In this document: piece by piece, positions 1 to 6,697 of the stretch
Layout of the letters: each line of letters begins with the position of its first letter
Numbering within the stretch: position 1 is the stretch's first letter
Source: a virus
Taxonomy: Duplodnaviria > Caudoviricetes
Length of the DNA: 28,885 nucleotides
Reading direction: 5' to 3' (one strand)
Virus record (IMG/VR): IMGVR_UViG_3300042837_000036
Location: 1-28,885 of that record
Position numbers and translations under genes: made by a program
Notes under the pieces: model-generated
Seen by the model: the letters and a program-made list of their open reading frames with translations, nothing else
The model's database searches: none
What the model was told of the DNA's origin: nothing

Positions 1-802
1 GCACCCGGACAACCGTCACGGTACCGTCCACAGCTACAGTTACAAGCCGTCACCGATCTTCCACGGCGATGGTCCCCTGTTTATGGGGCTGGAACTGGAG
101 ATTGAGACACCGCGACTGAATGAGGCGTTGCGGTTGGTTACGGACGGTTTCGGTGACCTGGCGTACGTCAAGGAAGACTCGTCGATCAACCACGGATTTG
201 AGATCGTTACTCACCCCATGGATTGGTCCTATGTGGACTCACAGTTTCCGTGGGGAGTCCTGGGGAACCTCCGGACCGCCGGTGCTCGCGTAGATCCGGA
301 TGAGAACGGGCTCCACGTTCACCTGTCACGAGACGGATTCTCCGACGCATGCCACGTGTTCCGGTGGATGAAACTGCTGCACCGCAACCGTATCCAAGTA
401 ACCAGCCTGGCACGGCGTACCAGCGACCAGTGGGCAGCCTGGCACCGGTCGTCCCGGCGAATGACCAAGTATCTGGCTAAGCCAGAGTTGCGTTACAACA
501 CGTTCATTCCTCGCGATGACCTGGATCACTTGCGTTACAACGGTTCCAGTCGTTACGAGGCAATCAACGTCACTAACAGTGCGACATTCGAGCTACGAAT
601 GTTCGCATCGTCACTGCAAGAAGAGGAGGTGGGAGCCGCGCTGGCGTTTGCATCGTCCAGTGTGGAGTACGCGAGAATCCTTACACCGCAAGACATTCTG
701 AAGCGAGACGGATGGTCATGGCGGGCATACTCGGATTACGTCGCACAGACACCGAGCTACGCGCCCCTACGCAAGGAGATCGATAAGCTATGTGCCTACT
801 GA
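1..802 (+). CDS. Putative amidoligase (COOH-NH2 ligase, glutamine-synthetase-like fold), 5'-truncated by the window edge
   Basis: The frame is open from position 2 (HPDNRHGTVHSYSYKPSPIFHGDGPLFMGLELEIE). Motifs G-x-E-L-E-x-E, KEDSSI..GFEIVTHP, GLHVH and SRY.AIN..N..TFELRMF are characteristic of phage amidoligases. The next gene is a GATase. Confidence 0.85.
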   Translation, partial: HPDNRHGTVHSYSYKPSPIFHGDGPLFMGLELEIETPRLNEALRLVTDGFGDLAYVKEDSSINHGFEIVTHPMDWSYVDSQFPWGVLGNLRTAGARVDPDENGLHVHLSRDGFSDACHVFRWMKLLHRNRIQVTSLARRTSDQWAAWHRSSRRMTKYLAKPELRYNTFIPRDDLDHLRYNGSSRYEAINVTNSATFELRMFASSLQEEEVGAALAFASSSVEYARILTPQDILKRDGWSWRAYSDYVAQTPSYAPLRKEIDKLCAY

Positions 803-1791
803 CCTATTTCGAGCCTGGCGTACAACCGGACGTGATTGCGCTGGCTAACGGTGCCGTTATCAACGATGACGGCCACGGGTTCGCGATCGTCCACGGTGGA
901 CAGATCATTGTCCACAGAGGACTGCTAGCGGATCAGGTGATCGACACTTTCGAGGCGGCCCGCCAGCGGTACCCGGATGGTCCTGCGATGTTCCACAGTC
1001 GCATGGCTACCCACGGTGAAACCACAGTGGACAACGTACATCCGTTCACAGTGGACGGCGACGCCCGGACAGTGTTGGCACACAACGGAATCCTGCCCAC
1101 CGAGGTACAACCACGTAAGGGAGACATCCGCTCAGACACAGCAATCCTGGCAGCCAGCATGGCCGGCCGGTTCGGGTCACTGCGCAAGCCACAGGTGCGG
1201 GCGTCCGTCACCCGGTGGATGGGCAACTTCAACAAACTCGTGATTCTCACGGTAAACCGCCGTTTCGGTGGTAACGCGTTCATCCTGAATGAAGAGGCCG
1301 GCATCTGGACTCCAGAGGGTATCTGGTACTCCAATGACGGTTACCGCACCAGCGGCAGCCGTTGGCAGTCCAGCTACTGGAGTTACCGTGACGGCGAGTA
1401 TGCCACTGAATCCACGGTGGTCGGCAAGGCATCCAAAGTGGACAGTGTCGAACTGTGTTGGATGTGTGGCGGGGACTTGGACGCCTGCACTTGCTATGAC
1501 CCGCACGCGGGTGTCAGGTTGCCACGACTGCCGGGTGAAGTGGCCTGTTACGGCTGCAAGAATCCGCGCATGTATTGCGACTGTAAGACGGACCAGGGTA
1601 GCGTCCGCTGTCCTGGCTGTTTCTACTGGATCGTGAACACTGACCGCGAAATGGGCGTGTGCAGCGTTTGCAGGGTGTGCCTGGAATGCGACCAGTCAGA
1701 GGCTGACTGCGATTGCTATGAGCCGGAGTCAGCGAAACGACCCGCCGGCACGGAAAGCGCACTGGTACGCGTAAACCAGGCATCCGCCTAG
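790..1791 (+). CDS. Class II (Ntn) glutamine amidotransferase with a Cys-rich C-terminal extension
   Basis: N-terminal nucleophile Cys2 (MCLL), N.DG.GF, FHSR.ATHG, NVHPF, LAHNGI and SDT motifs. SD AAGGAG lies upstream and the start overlaps the amidoligase end. Several CxxC pairs occur in the last ~110 aa. Confidence 0.88.
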   Translation: MCLLTYFEPGVQPDVIALANGAVINDDGHGFAIVHGGQIIVHRGLLADQVIDTFEAARQRYPDGPAMFHSRMATHGETTVDNVHPFTVDGDARTVLAHNGILPTEVQPRKGDIRSDTAILAASMAGRFGSLRKPQVRASVTRWMGNFNKLVILTVNRRFGGNAFILNEEAGIWTPEGIWYSNDGYRTSGSRWQSSYWSYRDGEYATESTVVGKASKVDSVELCWMCGGDLDACTCYDPHAGVRLPRLPGEVACYGCKNPRMYCDCKTDQGSVRCPGCFYWIVNTDREMGVCSVCRVCLECDQSEADCDCYEPESAKRPAGTESALVRVNQASA

Positions 1792-1809
1792 CTCCGTCGG
1801 TAACGGGTG

Positions 1810-1861
1810 CGGGACCGTCCACAGTAGACGGTCCCGTCGCCTGAGTCCGATGGGGACTCAG
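1810..1861 (+). other. Two tandem intergenic stem-loops
   Basis: CGGGACCGTC-cacagta-GACGGTCCCG (1810-1836) and CTGAGTCC-gatgg-GGACTCAG (1841-1861). Neither has a U-tract. Confidence 0.6.
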
Positions 1862-1876
1862 AAACGAGGTAACGCG

Positions 1877-2266
1877 ATGACATTGCAGGACAACGTCCGC
1901 AAGGGTGCCACGTGGCTAGATGGGTTCGCCCCCGGTTGGGAGAGCAAAATCGATCTGTCCACTTTGGACCTACACTCCTCTGTGCGCTGTGTGGCTGGAC
2001 AGGCGCTCAACACGGGGGATCAATCCGGGTACGGGGTCATGATGGAAGCCCTGACCGCGTGGTCGTTCGACGTCCTCGGTGCCATGACGGACGTGGAGTA
2101 CGGGTTCACTCACCCGGATGTCGCGATGGAGGGTCCTCAGAGTCCCTACTGGTTCCCGAGTCCCTACTCCGGGGGTCCTCCTAGTGATCCTCGCCTGGTG
2201 GAGTTGGTGCGACTGTGGACCGCCGAGATCATGATCCGTCGCCAGACGCCAGAGGTGACGCCATGA
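1877..2266 (+). CDS. Phage hypothetical protein
   Basis: ATG at 1877 preceded by GAGGT. The N-terminal pattern VRKGA.WLD...PGW...IDL..LD......C..GQ resembles recurrent actinophage hypothetical proteins. ATGA overlap with the next gene. Confidence 0.7.
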   Translation: MTLQDNVRKGATWLDGFAPGWESKIDLSTLDLHSSVRCVAGQALNTGDQSGYGVMMEALTAWSFDVLGAMTDVEYGFTHPDVAMEGPQSPYWFPSPYSGGPPSDPRLVELVRLWTAEIMIRRQTPEVTP

Positions 2267-2478
2267 CCGCACCGTTCTATGTGGACTCCTGCGACTGCCG
2301 GCTGACCATCAACCCGGGACCGTGGGGTGTCGCGATCATTGTGACTGAGCACGGTAACGGTGGCACCGCCATCACGCTGACCGCAGAAGACGCCACCAGG
2401 GTCGCGGCAGCGTTGATTCTGGCGGCAGCCAGTGCTGCCAGTCACCGCAACGAACAAACCGTCTCAGCGTCCCGCTAA
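2263..2478 (+). CDS. Small hypothetical protein (71 aa)
   Basis: ATGA start/stop coupling with the upstream gene and SD-like GAGGTG. Sequence begins MTAPFYVDSCDCRLTINPGPWG. Confidence 0.6.
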   Translation: MTAPFYVDSCDCRLTINPGPWGVAIIVTEHGNGGTAITLTAEDATRVAAALILAAASAASHRNEQTVSASR

Positions 2479-2491
2479 GCCAAGATCACAG

Positions 2492-2518
2492 CCGGGGGGC
2501 AGCTCAGTAGCCCCCCGG
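2492..2518 (+). other. Intergenic GC-rich stem-loop
   Basis: CCGGGGGGC-agctcagta-GCCCCCCGG, a perfect 9-bp stem shortly after the stop codon at 2478. Confidence 0.55.
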
Positions 2519-2608
2519 ACCCCTGGTTCCCTCTGTGGCGCTCTCACGGGCGTTTGCGGGACCGTCTGGAGTTGCCGCATGGCACACCCGACCGATTTAG
2601 TGATCCAC

Positions 2609-2797
2609 ATGTCACAAAGCAAGATCAAACGCATACAGGACCGCGCCGCCGCGCACTGGAGTGCTGGCAGGCCGCACAGTGCCTGGCAGACACTGTCTGA
2701 CGCTGGGCTGGAGATCCTGTGGCCGACGTTCCTGCGGACAGCCAAAACGTGGGGACGTGACCGCTACATACGGGAGATCACCAGGCACAGCACCTAG
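2609..2797 (+). CDS. Small basic hypothetical protein (62 aa)
   Basis: ATG at 2609 within ORF 2432-2797 gives MSQSKIKRIQDRAAAHW..., which has protein-like amphipathic composition and is co-oriented with its neighbours. Confidence 0.5.
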   Translation: MSQSKIKRIQDRAAAHWSAGRPHSAWQTLSDAGLEILWPTFLRTAKTWGRDRYIREITRHST

Positions 2798-2845
2798 GAA
2801 CCGCACAGAGGCCCGGTGCCACGGGAGCGTGGCACCGCAGGCCGA

Positions 2846-2891
2846 GACTGCACAGGGAGCAAGCGCACCGGTTCGATTCCGGTGGCAGTCA
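2846..2891 (+). ncRNA. tRNA-like minihelix (acceptor stem plus T-arm, no D or anticodon arm)
   Basis: GACTGC (2846-51) pairs with GCAGTC (2885-90). CACCGG-TTCGATT-CCGGTG forms a stem with a canonical T-loop. A 14-nt linker replaces the D and anticodon arms. A 10-bp hairpin (2814-2837) lies just upstream. Confidence 0.55.
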
Positions 2892-2928
2892 CTAGGTGTC
2901 CACACAGGACGCCAGAGGAGGAAACACG

Positions 2929-3153
2929 TTGCTACACCTAGCGTTTGCCGTGCTCGCACTCACACCGGTACCCGCACCAGCCGCAACCTCCGTCACCAAC
3001 AGTCACAACGAACAGGCCATGATCTGGGCAGAGAGCCTGCTGCAGCGGCACTGGCTGCCGTCCCCCGACGTGTGGGGACACCGATTCTGTTGGCAGCTAC
3101 CGGGTGACACCACCGTCTACCGCTGTGTGGACGGCTTCTCCGACACTTCCTGA
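2929..3153 (+). CDS. Small secreted hypothetical protein
   Basis: Strong SD GAGGAGG before TTG 2929. Hydrophobic signal-like N-terminus (LHLAFAVLALTPVPAPA) and two Cys in the C-terminal GHRFCW..GDTT..RC.DG motif. Confidence 0.6.
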   Translation: MLHLAFAVLALTPVPAPAATSVTNSHNEQAMIWAESLLQRHWLPSPDVWGHRFCWQLPGDTTVYRCVDGFSDTS

Positions 3154-3185
3154 CCCCGCACCCCAGCACCGTTACCCAGGGTCAC

Positions 3186-3229
3186 GCCCCTGGTCCACAG
3201 GCCCCTGTCACAGGGCCAGGACCAGGGGC
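3186..3229 (+). other. Nested stem-loop at the end of the left gene block (possible terminator or stabiliser)
   Basis: GCCCCTGGTCC (3186-96) pairs with GGACCAGGGGC (3219-29), enclosing an inner CCCTG-tca-CAGGG stem. Confidence 0.5.
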
Positions 3230-3632
3230 AACACCCCCTGCCACAGGCACCCACAGTCACTCATACATTCAGCTGATACCTAGATACCCAGAAGTAGGAC
3301 CTGTGCCTGACCAAAGGGACTAGACATAGATCCACTCCTCAGCCACCCAGATCCCAAAGGGGGATAACCGGACAACCCACACACTAGTAACCTTCGTAAC
3401 TAGTAATAGAAAAAGCCACAGGCAACCACGAAACAGTCACACCAACCGAAACAGATACCGCACAGCACCCTGCTGTTCCTGTCTCTTTAACGTGTGATGT
3501 TACCTGCTTCGATGTATCGGGAAACTGTGCCTGGGTTTGAGAGCTCGGAGGTGACGGGTTGGGTTGGGGTGTCGGGGTTCGATACCTTGTGCATGTTTAT
3601 ATGCATCTTTGGTATTGGCATACAGTGCCAGT

Positions 3633-3947
3633 GTGGATCCCCGGCTACCGGCAATTAGTGACGAAGACCTGATCCGGGCTGCCCCTGGTGTCCGGTACCT
3701 GGTGGGGCAGCGACTGGAGGAGATCTGGAACGTGTGCCAACCGCACCTGGACGGCACCGCGCCGAGACCTGACCACCGTTACGTGGAGACGGCGGCGCGG
3801 GTGCTGAAGGAGATGTCCCGGCTGTACCGGTTGGACGCCCCAGCACCTGCGGTGGAACGGGAAACGGCACCGGAAGACGCGGCCAGGATGGTGGAGGCGC
3901 AGTTGCGGGAGCTGGAGGCTCGTTCCCGCCCCGGCGCGGAGGCGTAG
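3633..3947 (+). CDS. Putative terminase small subunit-like protein
   Basis: GTG 3633 lies 6 nt after TACAGT (leaderless-type). The motif AARVLKEMSRLYRLDAP resembles the 'VLKIM.RRA.LLGLDAP' signature of actinophage TerS/HTH-like proteins, and the C-terminus is helical. Confidence 0.5.
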   Translation: MDPRLPAISDEDLIRAAPGVRYLVGQRLEEIWNVCQPHLDGTAPRPDHRYVETAARVLKEMSRLYRLDAPAPAVERETAPEDAARMVEAQLRELEARSRPGAEA

Positions 3948-3953
3948 AGCCAC

Positions 3954-3996
3954 GAAACGCCCCGGGTGGTACCTGGGGTACCCCTGGGGCGGTTTC
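3954..3996. terminator. Bidirectional intrinsic terminator between convergent genes
   Basis: GAAAC-GCCCC...GGGGC-G-GTTTC stem between the stop codons at 3947 (+) and 4008 (-). Confidence 0.7.
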
Positions 3997-4007
3997 TGGG
4001 CTCCTGG

Positions 4008-4274
4008 TTACTCGGGTCTCATGTTCTGTACCAGCATCACCACGGTGCCGTCTGGTTGCCGGCGTAGACCGGTGCGTAGCTGGCCACCGAGTGCCTTGCA
4101 TTGATAGTGCAGGGCTGCCCGGAACGTGTTCGGGTCTTCTTTGATGTCTTCTCCGACAACCAGGATCCATTGCTGTCCGTCGATCCAGGACAGGTAGTCC
4201 GGGTAACGCTCCAGGAATGATCCGTAACGGAAACGACGCGCGAGTGGGACTGGATCCGGGTTTACTGTAGCCAT
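4008..4274 (-). CDS. Small phage protein, possibly DNA-binding
   Basis: RYP....W.DG..W.L..GED......FR......K..G pattern seen in small actinophage proteins. Likely start is ATG 4274, 7 nt after TGT-TATGAT; alternative start 4286. Confidence 0.65.
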   Translation of the reverse strand: MATVNPDPVPLARRFRYGSFLERYPDYLSWIDGQQWILVVGEDIKEDPNTFRAALHYQCKALGGQLRTGLRRQPDGTVVMLVQNMRPE

Positions 4275-4613
4275 GCGGAGGATCATAACACGAGCTACTA
4301 GCTGACCGTAACCATAAGCCTAATCATGGTACCCCCCTTCTGCGTTAATTTTGTGTGTCTCCCATGGTATATTTACCTACTTTGTACCTATTTACTTGTT
4401 AATTTTTCTTAGAGAGACAAAGAGTAGTTAGAAGTTACAGTAGCAAGGGACAGGGTCTGTGAGCTGGGCGCTAAGGAAGATAAGTTGTAATCGTGGCGTT
4501 TGGAGATCGCGAAACCTAGAAGAATCAGATTCCCATTAACGGATCTTGAGCTACTACCCAGCTTTTAAGTTTTGCACCCTTTGCGTGTTACGTTCCAGAG
4601 ATGGAAGTCGCTG

Positions 4614-4641
4614 TTTACAGGGTCTGTATCTGTGGTAGGAT
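4614..4641 (+). promoter_or_regulatory. Sigma-A-like promoter for a leaderless XRE gene
   Basis: TTTACA (4614-19), 16-nt spacer, extended -10 TG-G-TAGGAT (4633-41); ATG follows 6 nt later. Confidence 0.6.
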
Positions 4642-4647
4642 GGATAC

Positions 4648-4905
4648 ATGGCAGGAAGAAAAAGAGACTGGAAACCAGGAGAACAGGAAGCGGTACAAGA
4701 AGTAATCGGGCAGCTGCGAGAGCTACGGAAACGAGGAAGACAGACGCAAGGGGAGGTAGCCAGACTCGTTGGGATAGGTCAGAGTTACCTCTCGGAACTG
4801 GAGAACGGATGTCACCTGGAGGTGTCACTAGCGATGATCGCTCGCCTGGCACGGGGTCTGGGATACGACTTCAAGGTCACGCTCTCCAAGAGAACGGAAG
4901 GCTAG
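4648..4905 (+). CDS. XRE-family helix-turn-helix regulator
   Basis: LRELRKRGRQTQGEVARLVGIGQSYLSELENG...SLAMIARLARGLG is a classic HTH_3 pattern. Confidence 0.9.
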   Translation: MAGRKRDWKPGEQEAVQEVIGQLRELRKRGRQTQGEVARLVGIGQSYLSELENGCHLEVSLAMIARLARGLGYDFKVTLSKRTEG

Positions 4906-5354
4906 TGAAGAAGTTCCTCATAGTCCTGGCGGTGGTTGCGTTGCTGGCTTGCGCGGCACCGAACTCCGAACCTGAACCGAACGGCCACAAGAACGTCACC
5001 ACAGCCTGTCCACGTGGCGAAGGTCTCGCCACGATGTGCATGGAGTTCTACTCTGACGAAGCGGCTCAGCTACACATCCGCGTCGACGCACTACGTGACG
5101 ACGGTAAGCACGCGGAATCGCCACTCGGTGACGTAGTAATGCCCCTGGATCGCAGGATCACAGTGTTCCCCGGTGGCGGAGCGGTGGGGTACAGCGTGAA
5201 GCTGGAAGGTCACGTAGTGACCATGTCCGGTAAAGCATCCGGACCAGCCGGGATTCTTATCGGCTGCCGAGTGATCCACCGAGGCACAGAAGTGATCGAG
5301 GCGGGGTTCTTCGGTGACAAGGGACTCGCGCCCTGCAGTTACACGGGAAGGTAG
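4905..5354 (+). CDS. Putative lipoprotein
   Basis: GTG 4905 overlaps the upstream TAG. MKKFLIVLAVVALLA-C gives a basic N-terminus, hydrophobic core and lipobox LLAC. Confidence 0.75.
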   Translation: MKKFLIVLAVVALLACAAPNSEPEPNGHKNVTTACPRGEGLATMCMEFYSDEAAQLHIRVDALRDDGKHAESPLGDVVMPLDRRITVFPGGGAVGYSVKLEGHVVTMSGKASGPAGILIGCRVIHRGTEVIEAGFFGDKGLAPCSYTGR

Positions 5355-5357
5355 GCA

Positions 5358-5540
5358 ATGACTCAGCCCAACGGAATCCGGCGTCTCGGTTACTGCGGTG
5401 ATCGTAACTACGGGGAGATCAGCAAAGAGTTCCACGCGTTGTACGACAACCAGCACCCGGACCTGACACCGTACACAGTGGAGCGAATTCACCAGCGGTG
5501 GACAGTCCTCGGGAAGCTGGCCTCAGCGGGAAGGCTGTAA
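5358..5540 (+). CDS. Small hypothetical protein (60 aa)
   Basis: Tightly packed in the operon (3 nt after the previous stop), with SD-like GAAGG. Confidence 0.55.
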   Translation: MTQPNGIRRLGYCGDRNYGEISKEFHALYDNQHPDLTPYTVERIHQRWTVLGKLASAGRL

Positions 5541-5546
5541 CGACAA

Positions 5547-5837
5547 ATGCAACAGGGCTACATCAACGCCCTGTTCCTGCTCAGCATCGTAACCATGGTC
5601 GCGGGAGCCGCCTCGGTGGCGCTCGCGATCCTGGCGTTGCAGGTGCTACGTAAGGGGAACTGGGGAGAGCCAAAAGAATCCACTGTGGACACACCCGAAC
5701 CTGGCAAAGAGTTGCTTCTCCTTCGCGATTCGCGACGCATACTCGGTCACGAGACACCCACCGAAGTGGGAAGCATCCAACGGGTCCGGCGCAGTCCCCT
5801 ACTGAGCGCGGAGGAGAGACGTGGCTACTACGACTGA
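5547..5837 (+). CDS. Single-pass membrane protein
   Basis: N-terminal hydrophobic stretch (ALFLLSIVTMVAGAASVALAILALQVL) followed by a charged tail. Confidence 0.65.
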   Translation: MQQGYINALFLLSIVTMVAGAASVALAILALQVLRKGNWGEPKESTVDTPEPGKELLLLRDSRRILGHETPTEVGSIQRVRRSPLLSAEERRGYYD

Positions 5838-6135
5838 GGTCAGGGCTCCGAGACCACGATGCGCTGAAGCTGGGATGGATCCGGAATGGTGGGTGGGCTA
5901 CCACCCGGGACAATGTTCCAAGGGTTGCCCGCATGGACTGGCAGCACACATCTGCCTCAGCCACTGCCTGCTGCTGGACCAATGCCAGGACCGGATGATG
6001 AACACCGGGACCGGAGAGTACGTGGGAATGGTCCTGGGCGGCATGATGAAGGTCCGTGACCTTCATGGCCACCAGATGTTACGGGTGCCGAAGGTTCTGT
6101 ACGCGTCCTGCGAAACTTGCAAGGCCTCCAGATAG
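5821..6135 (+). CDS. WhiB-like Fe-S transcription factor (divergent)
   Basis: C....DPEWW ... A.HIC...C...DQC ... G.VLGG matches the WhiB Cys pattern and GVWGG-like turn. Strong SD GGAGGAG. Extra CxxxC insert and C-terminal CxxC. Confidence 0.75.
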   Translation: MATTTEVRAPRPRCAEAGMDPEWWVGYHPGQCSKGCPHGLAAHICLSHCLLLDQCQDRMMNTGTGEYVGMVLGGMMKVRDLHGHQMLRVPKVLYASCETCKASR

Positions 6136-6173
6136 GAAACAGCCCCAAGGGAGAGATCCCCTGGGGCTGTTTC
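6136..6173. terminator. Bidirectional intrinsic terminator
   Basis: GAAACAGCCCCA...TGGGGCTGTTTC immediately after the WhiB-like stop, where the rightward and leftward units meet. Confidence 0.8.
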
Positions 6174-6179
6174 GTTCCT

Positions 6180-6465
6180 CGCCCACCGCGAGAAATTGGG
6201 GTCAGGTCACGCTGTTTCAAGGTCAACCTCGGATAGGGTGATTGTCACGGGATCTCCCCGCGCACCATGGCGTGACCTGACATTTAGTGGCCCCCCTGAG
6301 CGGTGAACGCGGCGGGGGCCGTTCCACGTAGCCAGCCTCGCCCTTCCGAAGGAGGCTCACCTGTTCCATTTGTGACGGACCGGTGGCTTAGGCCGGTGGA
6401 GGCGCACCCGGGAGCCGGGCCTCAGCCGCCCGTCTCTACGCGGATACCCGTCGTCATGAAGTTGT
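6180..6465. ncRNA. Candidate structured non-coding RNA (~290 nt)
   Basis: No credible ORF. Four consecutive stem domains: 6201-6281 (perfect 12-bp closing stem GTCAGGTCACGC/GCGTGACCTGAC), 6289-6320, 6334-6357 and 6374-6434. Confidence 0.5.
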
Positions 6466-6472
6466 GGTACTT

Positions 6473-6697
6473 CTACGCTACCACACAGTCGCGGCACTCG
6501 CTACCGTCTCGGTACTTGGCCAGTCTGTCTGGGTTCCCGTTGGCAAGCTCTACGTAGCCACGCCCTGGCCTCCGAGCTGACCGAACCACCACCCAGTCCG
6601 CAGCGATTGCTTCCACCCGGGAGCATTCGTAGTGGTCTCGGCCAAAAGCGCCCCCACAGAAACCGTGGAGAACATCGCCCACACGTAACGGGGTCAC
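6473..6697 (-). CDS. Conserved-looking actinophage hypothetical protein
   Basis: VGD.L.GFCGG.FGRD.Y...RVEAI..DWVVVR motif; 4-nt GTGA overlap with the upstream gene. Confidence 0.7.
   Translation of the reverse strand: MTPLRVGDVLHGFCGGAFGRDHYECSRVEAIAADWVVVRSARRPGRGYVELANGNPDRLAKYRDGSECRDCVVA

Noticed and set aside
1841-1866. CTGA...GAAAC resembling a hammerhead ribozyme core
   Set aside because: CUGANGA is not matched (the sequence is CTGAGTC) and the CTGA is paired within the stem; stems I and III are not evident.
2846-2891. Canonical tRNA gene or attP/attB remnant
   Set aside because: It lacks D and anticodon arms and no integrase is in the window, so it is kept only as a tRNA-like element.
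3568-3592. GGTTCGATACC T-loop-like sequence
   Set aside because: The stem is weak (two G.U pairs) and no acceptor stem or cloverleaf surrounds it.
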